The notes beneath the pieces are model-generated. The model was not told the origin of the DNA. It did no database searches and saw only the letters and a list, made by a program, of their open reading frames with translations. Positions 9,352 to 19,813 of a stretch of 64,000 bases of DNA are shown piece by piece. A program made the position numbers and the translations under genes. Positions within the stretch are counted from its first letter, which is position 1; each line of letters starts with the position of its first letter. Location: positions 15,080-79,079 of the forward strand of contig CAVZNV010000023.1 in assembly GCA_963776735.1 (NCBI GenBank), written 5' to 3'. Origin of the DNA: an uncultured Actinomycetes bacterium. Lineage in GTDB: Bacteria > Actinomycetota > Thermoleophilia > Gaiellales > Gaiellaceae.

Positions 9352-10122
9352 CTAGTAGCCCAAACGGGCGAAGTCGAACGAGCTCGGGATGCTGGACGGC
9401 TTCTTGCCGAGGACGAGCGCGATCTCCTGGTGGCTCTTGAGGACGAGCTTGGCCGGGTTGCCGACGTACTTCTTCCCGTTCACCCACATCTGCACCCGGC
9501 CGCAGCTGCCCTTGAAACTGCCGATGCAGCTCCGCGTCAGCCTCACGCCCCAGACGCCGAAGAACTGGCCGAGGTTGAACGTCACAGGACGGCCGGTCTC
9601 GACGTGGAGGATGTCGTTCGGCGCGTGCGTGTGCATCTCCGCGAACGTCGCCGACTGGCCTCCCGGCGCGATCTGGATGCCGACGTACTGCGGCACCGTC
9701 ACCTTCTGGCCGTTCACCCAGAGGTCGAGGTGCTGGTGGATGTGGTAGACGAGCTGCTCGTTGGCGGGCGGCTGCAGCCCGATGTCGCCCACGCGGGCGG
9801 TCAGGAGCGTGGCGTTCGCGGGCCAGGGCGGCGGTTTCGTCTGCAAGCCGGGCAGGTCGTGCCAGCTGATGTTCCCGGTCATCGACGGCTTCAGCTTCGT
9901 CGAGCTGCGCGTGAGGCCGATGCCGAGAGCGATGCCAAGGATCGCGAGCAGGACGACGACGGCGGCGATCGGCCAGAAGTGCTTCGAGGCCCAGCCGGTC
10001 GCGGACCCGCCCGAGCCGGGCGGCTTCTTCGCAGGCCCCGAGCGCTTCTGCGGCGCCTGCACCTGGCGTGCGCCGGCGTCGGTCGCGCGTGGAGGCTTCG
10101 GGGTGCGCGCCTTCTTCGCCAC
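9352..10122 (-). CDS. membrane-anchored hypothetical protein (basic N-terminus, one TM, extracytoplasmic domain)
   Basis: GTG at 10122 (VAKKARTPKPP...). TM helix FWPIAAVVVLLAILGIALGIGL. Conserved-looking domain with HIHQHLDLWVNG and EMHTHAPNDILH. Confidence 0.65.
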   Translation of the reverse strand: MAKKARTPKPPRATDAGARQVQAPQKRSGPAKKPPGSGGSATGWASKHFWPIAAVVVLLAILGIALGIGLTRSSTKLKPSMTGNISWHDLPGLQTKPPPWPANATLLTARVGDIGLQPPANEQLVYHIHQHLDLWVNGQKVTVPQYVGIQIAPGGQSATFAEMHTHAPNDILHVETGRPVTFNLGQFFGVWGVRLTRSCIGSFKGSCGRVQMWVNGKKYVGNPAKLVLKSHQEIALVLGKKPSSIPSSFDFARLGY

Positions 10123-10133
10123 GGCGCGCCAGG

Positions 10134-12017
10134 TTAGCAGGCTGCCGCAGTCACCTGGCCGGAGAGAAAACCGGCCACCTGCTCCCGGTCCGAGACGATC
10201 CGGCACGGCGGGAGCGCCTCGACGAACGTCCGCCCGTACGGTCGCGTCCGCAGGCGCGGATCGAGGATCGCGACCACGCCGCGGTCAGAGTGCGTGCGGA
10301 TCAGCCGGCCGAAGCCCTGACGGAGCTGGAGCACCGCCGCCGGCAGCGAGTAGTCGGAGAACCAGTCGCCTCCCTCGGCCGAGATCCGTTCGCAACGGGC
10401 CTCGACGAGCGGATCGCCGGGGGCCGGGAACGGCAGCTTGTCGATCACGAGCAGGCTCAGCGCCTCGCCCGGGACGTCGACCCCTTGCCAGAACGTCGCC
10501 GTGGCGACGAGCACCGTGTCGACCTCGCGCGCAAAGCGTTCGAGGAGGCGCTCGCGCGGAGCGTCGCCCTGGGCCAGCACGTCGTACGGCAGACGTCCGC
10601 GGAGCCGGCCGGCGATCGCGTCGAGCGCGCGGTACGAGCTCGTGAGGACGAGCGCACGGCCGGACGAGAGCGCGCACAGCGCGGCGACCTCCTCGGCGAC
10701 GAGCTCGAGCGCACCGTCGGAGCGCGGATCCGGCAGCCCCTCGGGCAGGTAGAGCAGCGCCTGTTCGTCGAAACGGAACGGCGAGCCGACGCGAAGCTCG
10801 GCGGCGCCGCGCAGCCCGAGCCGGTCGCGGACGAAACCGAAGTCGTCGCCCGTGCCGAGGGTGGCCGAGACGAGAATTGCTGTCGGCCCGTCGTCCCAGA
10901 GCCGCTCGCGTAGCGGCCGAGACACGTCGACGGGAGCCCAGGCGACCGCATCAGGCTCGGCCCAGACGACCCGCTCCAGCTCGCCGGGGTCGAGGCAGGC
11001 CTGGACGTCGAGCACCGCGCCGAGCGCCCGCGCCGCGAGCGCGTCAAGCTCGTCGTTCTCCCCGGACAGTGCTGCGGCGAGCTCGGACAGCCGCTCTGCC
11101 AGCGCGCCGAAGGCGAGCACCGGCGGCCGCCGCAGCCGTGTCCGCCCCGTCCCCGGGCAGACCTCGTCGAAGAGATCACCTGCAGCTCTCTCGACGCGGT
11201 CGAGCGCACGGGCGGGTGCCGGGACGTTCGCCTCGCGGCACGCTCGGTCGACGTCTCGCGCGAGGCGGTGCAGGCCCGAGCCGGAGACGCGCCCGCCGAG
11301 CCAGGTCGCCGCCGTCTCCTCGAGCCGGTGCGCCTCGTCGAAGACGACGGCGTCGTGCTCGGGCAGGACGCCGGCTCCGTCCCGGCGCTCGCGCAGGCCG
11401 AGGTCGGCGAAGTAGAGCGCATGGTTCGCGATCACGAGGTCGGCGTGCGAGGCGCGTTCGCGGGCCGCCTCCGAGAAACACGTGCCGACGTGAGCGCACG
11501 TGCGGCCGAGGCAGCGGTCCGACCCCACCGCGAGCTCCGTCCAGAGCGACGGCGACGGCTCGATCTCGAGCTCCGCCCGGTCGCCGGTCTCCGTCGCGTC
11601 GATCCAGCCGCGCATCGCGTCGAACGCACGCCCGTCCTCGGGACGCGCAAACAGTGATCCGCCGAGGAGGGCGAACCCCTGCAGGCGGTTGCGGCACAGG
11701 TAGTTCTGCCGGCCTTTCAGCACGGCGACGTTCACCTCACGGCCCAGCGCCGCCGCCGCGATCGGCACGTCCTTCGTGAGCAGCTGCTCCTGGAGCGCCT
11801 TCGTCGCGGTCGCGACGACGACGCGCCGGCCGGACGCGAGCGCGGGCACGAGATACGCGAGGCTCTTCCCCGTCCCGGTGCCTGCCTCCGCGAGCAGGTG
11901 CCGACCGTCCGCGAGCGCCCGCTCGACTGCATCGGCGAGCTCGGCCTGCTCCTCGCGGGCCTCGTACCGATCCAGCACGCGGGCGAGCGAACCGCCCACT
12001 CCGAACACCTCACGCAT
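10134..12017 (-). CDS. dinG: ATP-dependent DNA helicase, DinG/XPD (Rad3) family with Fe-S cluster
   Basis: AGTGTGKSLAYL Walker A, DEAH box (VVFDEAHRLEE), Cys cluster CLGRTCAHVGTC, C-terminal helicase domain. ATG at 12017 (MREVFG...). Confidence 0.85.
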   Translation of the reverse strand: MREVFGVGGSLARVLDRYEAREEQAELADAVERALADGRHLLAEAGTGTGKSLAYLVPALASGRRVVVATATKALQEQLLTKDVPIAAAALGREVNVAVLKGRQNYLCRNRLQGFALLGGSLFARPEDGRAFDAMRGWIDATETGDRAELEIEPSPSLWTELAVGSDRCLGRTCAHVGTCFSEAARERASHADLVIANHALYFADLGLRERRDGAGVLPEHDAVVFDEAHRLEETAATWLGGRVSGSGLHRLARDVDRACREANVPAPARALDRVERAAGDLFDEVCPGTGRTRLRRPPVLAFGALAERLSELAAALSGENDELDALAARALGAVLDVQACLDPGELERVVWAEPDAVAWAPVDVSRPLRERLWDDGPTAILVSATLGTGDDFGFVRDRLGLRGAAELRVGSPFRFDEQALLYLPEGLPDPRSDGALELVAEEVAALCALSSGRALVLTSSYRALDAIAGRLRGRLPYDVLAQGDAPRERLLERFAREVDTVLVATATFWQGVDVPGEALSLLVIDKLPFPAPGDPLVEARCERISAEGGDWFSDYSLPAAVLQLRQGFGRLIRTHSDRGVVAILDPRLRTRPYGRTFVEALPPCRIVSDREQVAGFLSGQVTAAAC

Positions 12018-12247
12018 GGAGTCGAGCTTAGGGATCGCGACGGCCGTGGAACAAAAATCCGCTCCGAGCGGCTTTTTCCACTTCGACACCACTTGACGAC
12101 CGGCCCGCCACCGTCGTATTGTCCTCGCGTCAGATCCGGTCGGCTTTCGGGCCAGCCGGATCTGGCGTTTTTATTGGGGTTTTTCGCGGCCCCGCAAGCC
12201 CTTTCAGTGGAGTGACGTCCGACGGCAGCCCTACTGTCTGTCGGCTC

Positions 12248-13441
12248 ATGATCGTTCTGGGATTCGTCCTCGGCCTCCTCGTCGGCGCATTCGCGGTCTG
12301 GCTCGTGATGCGCGCCCGGTCTTCCGCCGCCCGTGAGGCGCAGCTGGAGCTCGCAACGGCCTTCCGCGCCCTCTCCGCCGAGGCGCTGAAGTCGAACAAC
12401 GCGCAGTTCCTCCAGCTCGCCACGACCCAGTTCGAGGGGTTTCGACAGCAGGCACGCGGGGACCTCGACCAGCGCCGGCAGGCGTTCGAACAGCTGCTGG
12501 CTCCGCTCAAGGACACGCTGACGAAGTACGACCAACAGGCGCAGTCGCTCGAGGCATCCCGCCAGAAGGCGTACGGAGAGCTCTCGTCGCAGGTCGAGAC
12601 GCTGACGCAGACACAGGAGCGGCTCAGGAGCGAGACGAGCGACCTCGTCAAGGCGCTCCGGTCGCCGAGCTCACGCGGGCGCTGGGGCGAGATGCAGCTT
12701 CGCCGGACGCTCGAAACGGCCGGCATGCTCGCTCACTGCGACTTCGACGAGCAGGCCACGGTTTCGTCTGAGGACGGTGTTCTCCGGCCAGACGTCGTGA
12801 TCAGGCTCGCAGGCGGCAAGCAGGTCGTGGTCGACGCGAAGGTTCCGCTCGAAGCGCTGCTGGACATCTCCGACGCCGACGACGAGGCCACGCGCGAGCT
12901 GCACTACCAGTCGTTCATCCGTCACGTCCGGACACACCTCGCAAAGCTCAGCCTGAAGTCGTACTGGCAGCAGTTCGACCGGTCGCCCGAGTTCGTCGTG
13001 ATGTACCTCCCCTCGGAGGCGTTCTACCGGTACGCCCTCGAGAAGGACGACACGCTCATGGAGGCAGCGGCGAGCCAGAACGTCGTCCTGGCCGGCCCGA
13101 TGAACCTGATCGGGCTCCTCAAGATCATCGCACTGGGCTGGCGCGAAGAGGCACTCGCGGAGAACGCCGCGCACGTCAGCGAGCTCGGCCGCGAGCTCTA
13201 CGCCCGCCTCGCCACGATGGGCAGGCACTTCGCGAACCTCGGCTCGAAATTGACCAACGCCGTCGAGGCGTACAACGAGACCGTCGGGTCGCTCGAGACG
13301 CGCGTGTTGCCTTCCGCGCGCCGCTTCCGCGATGTCGGCGTGCCGGCGAAGGACGAGATCGGCCAGGTCGCGTCGATCGAGAGGCTGGTCAGGCCGCTGA
13401 CCGCCGACGAGCTCGTCGACGTGGACGTCGACGCCGCCTGA
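12248..13441 (+). CDS. rmuC: DNA recombination protein RmuC
   Basis: N-terminal TM helix, long coiled coil, RmuC nuclease-like C-terminal domain (GRWGEMQLRRTLE..., VVDAKVPLEA, VVMYLPSEAF). Confidence 0.85.
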   Translation: MIVLGFVLGLLVGAFAVWLVMRARSSAAREAQLELATAFRALSAEALKSNNAQFLQLATTQFEGFRQQARGDLDQRRQAFEQLLAPLKDTLTKYDQQAQSLEASRQKAYGELSSQVETLTQTQERLRSETSDLVKALRSPSSRGRWGEMQLRRTLETAGMLAHCDFDEQATVSSEDGVLRPDVVIRLAGGKQVVVDAKVPLEALLDISDADDEATRELHYQSFIRHVRTHLAKLSLKSYWQQFDRSPEFVVMYLPSEAFYRYALEKDDTLMEAAASQNVVLAGPMNLIGLLKIIALGWREEALAENAAHVSELGRELYARLATMGRHFANLGSKLTNAVEAYNETVGSLETRVLPSARRFRDVGVPAKDEIGQVASIERLVRPLTADELVDVDVDAA

Positions 13442-13470
13442 CGTACCGCCCGCAGGCGTACGATTGGCTC

Positions 13471-13707
13471 GTGGCCGACGCGTCCACGATCGAGCTGCTC
13501 GCCTGGGTGTCGAGCCGTCGGCGCACCTACGCCGAGGCGATGGACGCCTGGCGGACGCACTGCCCGCGGCTGACCGTCTGGGAGGACGCAGTCCTCGCCG
13601 GTCTCGTCCGGGTCGTTCGTGGGCCTGACGGGCAGCTCGTCGAGCTGACGGAGGCCGGCGAAACGGCCCTCGCGTCCGGGAATCGAGCGATACCGGCAAT
13701 CGTTTGA
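13471..13707 (+). CDS. small hypothetical protein
   Basis: 78-codon ORF with GC3-rich codon usage in the gap between rmuC and trxB. No family recognised. Confidence 0.4.
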   Translation: MADASTIELLAWVSSRRRTYAEAMDAWRTHCPRLTVWEDAVLAGLVRVVRGPDGQLVELTEAGETALASGNRAIPAIV

Positions 13708-13741
13708 CTACTCAAAGACATTTCTTCGACCTGGAGGGAAC

Positions 13742-14704
13742 GTGGCGACGAACGACGCACGCGAGCTGATCATCATCGGAGGCGGCCCAGCGGGGTACAC
13801 GGCCGCCCTGTACGCGGCCCGCGCGAACCTGAGCCCGCTCGTGATCGAGGGCATCCAGTGGGGCGGCCAGCTGATGATCACGAGCGACGTCGAGAACTAT
13901 CCCGGCTACCCCGAGGGTGTGCTCGGCCCGGCGATGATGGACGAGTTCCGTGCCCAGGCCGAGCGGTTCGGCGCCGAGTTCCTGACCGACGACGTCACCC
14001 GTGTCGACTTCTCCGAGCGGCCATTCCGCGTCTCCGTCGGCGACGAGGAGCATCGCGCCTGGACGGTGATCGTCGCGACCGGCGCGAACGCGCGCCAGCT
14101 CGGTCTCGAGACCGAGGTCGCTCTACAGGGTCGCGGCGTCTCGTACTGCGCCGTCTGCGACGCGGCGTTCTTCCGCGAGAAGACGGTCGTCGTGGTCGGC
14201 GGCGGCGACTCGGCGATGGAGGAGGCGACGTTCCTCGCCAAGTTCGCCAGCAAGGTGACGATCGTCCACCGCCGCGAGGAGTTCCGGGCGTCGCCGATCA
14301 TGGTCGACCGGGCCCGTCAGAACGAGAGGATCGACTGGGAGCTGAACGCGCTCGTCGACCGCGTGCTCGGCGAGGAGACCGGCAAGGTCACCGGCGTCGT
14401 GCTGCGCGACGTCCACTCCGGCGAGACCCGCGAGATCCCGGCCGACGGGGTCTTCGTCGCCGTCGGACACGACCCGACGACGAAGCTGTTCCTCGACTGG
14501 CTCGACCACGACGCCGCCGGCTACCTCGTGACGATGCCGGGCTCGACGAGGACGAACATCGAGGGTGTGTTCGCGGCCGGCGACGTCCAGGATCACGTCT
14601 ACAGGCAGGCGGTGACCGCCGCCGGATCGGGCTGCATGGCCGCCCTGGACGCGGAGCGCTTCCTCGCCGCCGAGCATCACCGTCAGCAGACGGCTGCCGT
14701 CTAG
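13742..14704 (+). CDS. trxB: thioredoxin-disulfide reductase
   Basis: FAD motif IIGGGPAGYTAA, redox-active CAVC, NADPH motif VVGGGDSAMEEA, GVFAAGDV. GGAGGGA ribosome-binding site before the GTG. Confidence 0.92.
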   Translation: MATNDARELIIIGGGPAGYTAALYAARANLSPLVIEGIQWGGQLMITSDVENYPGYPEGVLGPAMMDEFRAQAERFGAEFLTDDVTRVDFSERPFRVSVGDEEHRAWTVIVATGANARQLGLETEVALQGRGVSYCAVCDAAFFREKTVVVVGGGDSAMEEATFLAKFASKVTIVHRREEFRASPIMVDRARQNERIDWELNALVDRVLGEETGKVTGVVLRDVHSGETREIPADGVFVAVGHDPTTKLFLDWLDHDAAGYLVTMPGSTRTNIEGVFAAGDVQDHVYRQAVTAAGSGCMAALDAERFLAAEHHRQQTAAV

Positions 14705-14899
14705 CAGGCCAAAAGACACGGCTACGCTGAATCAAGTGCTCCGCCCAGCGATGCATACCGGCCTCTGGCCCGCGATCACGCAGCGCGTTGCCACGTCCTC
14801 AGTCGCGCCCGTATTTGCCAATACGAGAGCTCCCTGCGTCCTTGCATCGCTTGGTGCTCACGACCCAGCGACCCGGCAGCACCACTGGACGGAGCACTG

Positions 14900-15349
14900 A
14901 TGCCGTACTTCATCTGCCCGAACTGCAAGGCGCGGTCGATCGACCACGACCGGCGCGAGAGCCTGACCGACCCGACCGCGGTCGGCTGCCACCGCTGCGG
15001 CTTCGGCTTCCTGTTCGAGTTGATGGACGACTACTACCCCGCGCCCGGAACCGGCATGGTCGTCTGCGACGCGGACGGCCGGATCCTCGCCGCCGGCCGC
15101 GGACTGTTCGAGCTGACCGGCTATGAGGAGAAGGAGCTGATGGGACGCGAGGTCGTCGACGCGCTGCGCCTCGACGGCTTCCAGAACGGCCAGAACCCGT
15201 TCGCGCTCTCGCTCGAATGGGGCGTCCGCCGGCTCGGCGAGCAGTGCGAGCTGACCGCGGCCAGCGGCCTGCGCAAGCCGGTGACCGCGGACATCTTCCC
15301 CGCGTACGACGACGACGGCGGGTTGCTCGTCGCGTTTACCCCCCGCTAG
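14900..15349 (+). CDS. zinc-ribbon plus PAS domain protein
   Basis: N-terminal CPNC...CHRC four-Cys ribbon followed by a PAS-like fold (MVVCDADGRILAAGRGLFELTGYEEKELMGREV). Confidence 0.7.
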   Translation: MPYFICPNCKARSIDHDRRESLTDPTAVGCHRCGFGFLFELMDDYYPAPGTGMVVCDADGRILAAGRGLFELTGYEEKELMGREVVDALRLDGFQNGQNPFALSLEWGVRRLGEQCELTAASGLRKPVTADIFPAYDDDGGLLVAFTPR

Positions 15350-15734
15350 CGCGCGTCAGCTGCTCATTCGCTTCCTCGGCGCGGCGGGCGGACGTCATCA
15401 GGCGTTTGCTCCGTCGCGTGAATGCGAACAACCACCATCCGGCAACGACGAGATAGAGGGCGAACATGATCCACTCGCCGTCGACTGCGTGCGTTATCCC
15501 AATGCCGACCCAGCCTGCAGCAAGGGAATACATCAGCCAGGGCGACCTGATCCAGATAAGACGACCCTCGCCCGCCTGCAGCTTCCGTGCGCGCTCGACG
15601 GCGGCCGGCGCCAGGGCCGGATCGTGAACCGCTCGTCCCTCCACCACCGCATGGACGACTTCCGACCGCTGGTGAAATCGCCCGAACGCGAAGTAGAGCC
15701 GGTCACGCCACCGATCCACGACGCTCGACCCCAT
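15336..15734 (-). CDS. hypothetical membrane protein
   Basis: ATG at 15734 (MGSSVVDRW...). Two hydrophobic helices (WLMYSLAAGWVGIGI, IMFALYLVVAGWWLFAF). 14-nt convergent overlap with the PAS gene. Confidence 0.5.
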   Translation of the reverse strand: MGSSVVDRWRDRLYFAFGRFHQRSEVVHAVVEGRAVHDPALAPAAVERARKLQAGEGRLIWIRSPWLMYSLAAGWVGIGITHAVDGEWIMFALYLVVAGWWLFAFTRRSKRLMTSARRAEEANEQLTRASGG

Positions 15735-15768
15735 GCAACACAGTGTTGCAAGGTCGGACAGGGCTCGG

Positions 15769-16437
15769 CTAGACGCGGCTGCTCGGGCAGAGGTCGCTGA
15801 GCACGCAGTCCTCGCACCGTGGGGCACGCGCGATGCAAACCCGGCGACCGTGCCAGATCAGGAGGTGCGGGAAGATCCCCCACTCCGTCCGCGGCACGAG
15901 CCTGATCAAGTCGCGCTCGATCTTCACCGGGTCCTGCTGCTTCGTCAGCCCGAGCCGCTGCGACAGCCGCCGCACGTGCGTGTCGACCACGATGCCCTGC
16001 GGGTCGCCGAGCTCGGAGGCGACGACGTTCGCCGTCTTCCGCGCGACGCCCGGCAGTCGCACGAGCTCCTCGATCCGCCGCGGCACCCGCCCGTCGTACT
16101 CCTCGATCAGCATGCGCATCGTCCCGCGGATCGACTTCGTCTTCTGGCGGAAGAATCCGGTCTGGTAGATGTCGCGCTCGAGCTCCTCGACCGGCACCGC
16201 GAGGTAGTCCTCGGGTCGGCGGTACTTGACGAACAGGCGCTCCGTCACTTTGTTCACGTTCACGTCGGTCGTCTGCGCCGACAGCATCACGGCGACGAGC
16301 AGCTCGAGGTCGGATCGCGAGCGCAGGGCGATCCCTGCGTCCGGGTGCGCACGCTTCAGCCGTTCGACGATCGGACCGATGCGCTCGCGCTTCGGCCCGA
16401 CGCGCCGTCGCGCTTCCTCGACGTAGCTACGCGGCAC
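15769..16437 (-). CDS. nth: endonuclease III
   Basis: HhH-GPD motifs (LVAVMLSAQTTD, LPGVARKTANVV), C-terminal Fe-S Cys cluster C-x6-C-xx-C-x5-C. GTG at 16437 overlaps the addA stop. Confidence 0.9.
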   Translation of the reverse strand: MPRSYVEEARRRVGPKRERIGPIVERLKRAHPDAGIALRSRSDLELLVAVMLSAQTTDVNVNKVTERLFVKYRRPEDYLAVPVEELERDIYQTGFFRQKTKSIRGTMRMLIEEYDGRVPRRIEELVRLPGVARKTANVVASELGDPQGIVVDTHVRRLSQRLGLTKQQDPVKIERDLIRLVPRTEWGIFPHLLIWHGRRVCIARAPRCEDCVLSDLCPSSRV

Positions 16438-19400
16438 CCTGGGCCGCGCCGGTGAGCTCGGGAACCGGCTGCGGACCCCGACCCGGAAGTCGAGGACCTG
16501 CGCAGACGACGTCGAGAGCGGGACAGCCGGAGCATGCGCGTTCGCTCGGCCGCGGCTCGAACACGCCCGATCGCACGCGGGCGATCGCCTCGGAGAGCTC
16601 GGCCTCCAGCGCCGGGACATCGGCGCGGGAGTATTCCGCCGACACGGTCTCCTCCGGCCGCTCGAGGAACGTGTAGACGACCTCAACCTCGTCGGCTCCC
16701 GCCCGGAAGCACGCGAGCGCGTAGACGAGCCGCTGGATCCGGTACTCGTCGTCGACCACCTCGGCCGGCGACAGCTCGCCGAGCGAGTTCGTCTTGTAGT
16801 CGACGACGAGCGCGCGTCCCTCGGCGACGTTCAGCAGGTCGAGGAAGCCGTGGAAGAGGACGCCGTCGTGCTCGAATGCGAACGGACGCTCTGGCCGCAC
16901 GCCCTCGAGCCGGGCCAGCCGTGCCGCCAGCGCGGAGCCGCAGTACGCCTCGACGTGCTCCTGTGCCCGCTCGAGCTCTTCCCCGGTCACCGCCGGGTAC
17001 CAGGCCCGTACCTGCTCGACGTCGGGCACGGCGGGCGACGCCGGATCGACCAGCTCGAGCAGCCGGTGCACCGCGTCACCGAGCTCGGTCGCGAGCAGCC
17101 CGCCCGCCGTCTCGGCCGGCACAGCTCCGGGCCGGCGCTCGCGCATCCCCGCGACGCGCTCCGCGAAGAAGCGGTAGGAGCAGCGCTCGAAGAGCGCGAT
17201 CGCGCTGTAGGACAGCGAGCGCACGTTGTAGAGCGGTGGTGCCGGCAGCGGTGCCAGCGCAGGCAGCACCGGGGCGATGCGCGCTTCACCGTCCGGCTCG
17301 GAGTCGAACAGCGAGAGCTGCTCGTTCGCCTTCGTCGGCTCGAGCTCTGACGTGGCCGGCTCGCCGACGGCGTCCGCGTCGTACCGCTCGAGCCGCAGCA
17401 GGAGACGCGCCGTGCCGCGCTCCAGCTCCACGGGCGCCTCGGCCGAGCGTGCCAGGTCCTCGCCCGGGTCGATCCGTTGCAGCACCCAGCCGATCGGCGT
17501 TTCGTCGGCCTTGTCGGGATCGAGCGCGCCCGAGACGATCAGGCGGTCGATCGCCCGCGTCATGGCGACGTAGTAGAGGCGCAGCCGCTCGGCGCGGTCC
17601 TCCGCCTCGCGCGCCGCGCGCACCTCGTCGTAGGCGAACGCGGCGCGGCGCTTGCTCGTGTACGGGTCGGCGACCTTGAACCCGAAGCGACCGTCGGAGA
17701 GCGCGAGGATCTCGTCGGCGGCCGGAGCCGGCCGGTCGCGGCCCGCGTCGGCGACGATCACGACCTTGAACTCGAGTCCTTTGGCAGCGTGGATCGTCAG
17801 GAGCCGCACCGCGCCCGTTCCCTCCTCCTCCGCGACTGCTTCCAGCTCCCGCGCTCCGACGGCCTCCTGCCGCCGCACGAAGCGAACGAAGCCCTCGATG
17901 TCACGGCCGCGCAGCTCTTCGTACGACCGGGCAAGCCGCGCGAGCTTGCGCAGGTTGGCGTAACGGCGCTTGCCGTCCCACTGGGCGAGCACGGCCAGGT
18001 CGTAGTCGTGCTCCGAGACGATCTGCTCGCACAGGTGCTCGAGCGGCAGCCGCGCAGAGGCGGCGACGAGCCGGTCGTAGCGCTGGCGGAAGGCGCGGAG
18101 CAGCCGCCCGTCCTCCGGGGCGAGTGCCTGCGGAAGCTCGCGCTCGACCCCCGTGAACAGCGGCCGCCGCGGCGCAGCGCGACGGATCAGCACGAGCGCG
18201 TCGTTCGAGACGCCGACGAACGGCGAGGCGAGCACGGTCAGCAGCGACTCGTCGTCGTACCGGTTGTGCAGCAGGCGCAGGTACGCGAGCAGGTCGACCA
18301 CCTGCTGCTGCCCGAAGTACCCCTTGCCCGTGGCGCGGTATGTCGGCAAGCCGGCGCGGCGCAGCTCCTCCTCGTACCATTCGGCGTCCGTTCCGGCGGC
18401 GAAGAGGAGCACGATCTCGCCGGGCTGCGCGGCGCCGGTGTCGACGAGCTCGCGCACTCGGCGGGCGATGTTGCGCGCCTCGCCGCGCCGCCAGTGCTCA
18501 CCCGTTTCCTCGTAGCTCCCCTTGTCGGTGACGAGCAACTCGACCGGGTGGCCGAAGACCGGGTCGGGGAAGTCGCCGGAGGCTGCGAGCGGCTGGAACT
18601 CGTCGCCGAACTCGTCGCCGAAGAGATGGTTGACGGCCGCGAGGACCTCCGGCCGCGAGCGGTAGTTCCGCGTCAGCGCCAGCCCGCCACCCGACCGCTC
18701 GCGACGGTCGCGGAAGACGGCGACGTCCGCGTGCCGGAAGCCGTAGATCGACTGGAACTCGTCGCCGACGAAGAACATCTCGCGCTCGCCCGGGCCTTCG
18801 GTCAGCAAGTCGACGAGCTCGCACTGAAGGCGGTTCGTGTCCTGGAACTCGTCGACCATGACCGAGCGGAACCGCAGCTGCTCGCGCTCGCGGATCTCCT
18901 CGTGATCCGCCAGCAGGTCGCGCGCGGCGAGCTGGAGATCCTCGAAGTCGAGCGCCGACTCGCGCTCCTTCGCCGCCGAGTACGCGGCGTGGAAGCGCCC
19001 GAGCAACTCCTGCAGCAGCTCGCGGTCGCCGGCCGCGATCGTGTCCAGCGCCGCCTGCTCGACGCGCTTGCGCGCCTCCTCGTAGCTCGCCGCGCGCTCA
19101 CCGCTCGCGCGGAATGCCGACAGGTCGAGCAGCCGATCAGGGATCGGATTCGCGTCGAGCAGATCGCGGAGCGCCGTGGACTGGTCTCGCTGCCGCGCGG
19201 TGGCCTTGACGTCGCCGGCGAGGCAGCCAGCCGCCTCGCGCAGCTCGTCGAGCCGCGCCTCCAGCGGCGCCGCCTCGCCCAGCTCAAGCTCGAGCGGCCG
19301 GCCGGCTGCGCGGAGCGTCTCGTAGATGCCGATCAGCATCCCGCGGAGGCGGCCGCCACCGTAGGCGACGAGCAGCCGCGTGCGGTCGGGCTCCCCGCCT

Positions 19401-19813
19401 GCGCAGAACGCGCCGAGCGCCTCGTCGAAGGCCTCGCCGCGTAGGACGGACGCCTGCGCCTCGTCCAGCTCCCGGAAGCGCGGGTCGAGCCCGGCGGCGA
19501 ACGGATAGGCGCGCAGCAGGCGGTTGCAGAAGCCGTGGATCGTGGAGATCCAGGCGCCGTCCAGCTCGCGCGCCGCGTCCGGACGTCCGCGCGCGAGGAG
19601 CGCCTCGCGGATGCGCGACCGCAGCTCGCCGGCCGCCTTGCGCGTGTAGGTGATGACGAGGATCGAGTCGACGTCGAGCCCGTCGTCGCAGACCGCACGG
19701 ACGAAACGCTCGACGAGCACGGCCGTCTTGCCCGTACCCGCGCCGGCCGAGACGAAGACCTCGCCGCGCGCGTCGATCGCGGCCTGCTGCTCGGGGTTCG
19801 GCTGCCAGCTCAT
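16427..19813 (-). CDS. addA: ATP-dependent helicase/nuclease subunit A (UvrD-type motor plus RecB-type nuclease)
   Basis: GAGTGKT Walker A, UvrD/PcrA helicase motifs, C-terminal PD-(D/E)XK motif (LDLL...VVDYKTN). Its ATG overlaps the addB stop as ATGA. Confidence 0.85.
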   Translation of the reverse strand: MSWQPNPEQQAAIDARGEVFVSAGAGTGKTAVLVERFVRAVCDDGLDVDSILVITYTRKAAGELRSRIREALLARGRPDAARELDGAWISTIHGFCNRLLRAYPFAAGLDPRFRELDEAQASVLRGEAFDEALGAFCAGGEPDRTRLLVAYGGGRLRGMLIGIYETLRAAGRPLELELGEAAPLEARLDELREAAGCLAGDVKATARQRDQSTALRDLLDANPIPDRLLDLSAFRASGERAASYEEARKRVEQAALDTIAAGDRELLQELLGRFHAAYSAAKERESALDFEDLQLAARDLLADHEEIREREQLRFRSVMVDEFQDTNRLQCELVDLLTEGPGEREMFFVGDEFQSIYGFRHADVAVFRDRRERSGGGLALTRNYRSRPEVLAAVNHLFGDEFGDEFQPLAASGDFPDPVFGHPVELLVTDKGSYEETGEHWRRGEARNIARRVRELVDTGAAQPGEIVLLFAAGTDAEWYEEELRRAGLPTYRATGKGYFGQQQVVDLLAYLRLLHNRYDDESLLTVLASPFVGVSNDALVLIRRAAPRRPLFTGVERELPQALAPEDGRLLRAFRQRYDRLVAASARLPLEHLCEQIVSEHDYDLAVLAQWDGKRRYANLRKLARLARSYEELRGRDIEGFVRFVRRQEAVGARELEAVAEEEGTGAVRLLTIHAAKGLEFKVVIVADAGRDRPAPAADEILALSDGRFGFKVADPYTSKRRAAFAYDEVRAAREAEDRAERLRLYYVAMTRAIDRLIVSGALDPDKADETPIGWVLQRIDPGEDLARSAEAPVELERGTARLLLRLERYDADAVGEPATSELEPTKANEQLSLFDSEPDGEARIAPVLPALAPLPAPPLYNVRSLSYSAIALFERCSYRFFAERVAGMRERRPGAVPAETAGGLLATELGDAVHRLLELVDPASPAVPDVEQVRAWYPAVTGEELERAQEHVEAYCGSALAARLARLEGVRPERPFAFEHDGVLFHGFLDLLNVAEGRALVVDYKTNSLGELSPAEVVDDEYRIQRLVYALACFRAGADEVEVVYTFLERPEETVSAEYSRADVPALEAELSEAIARVRSGVFEPRPSERACSGCPALDVVCAGPRLPGRGPQPVPELTGAAQGAA

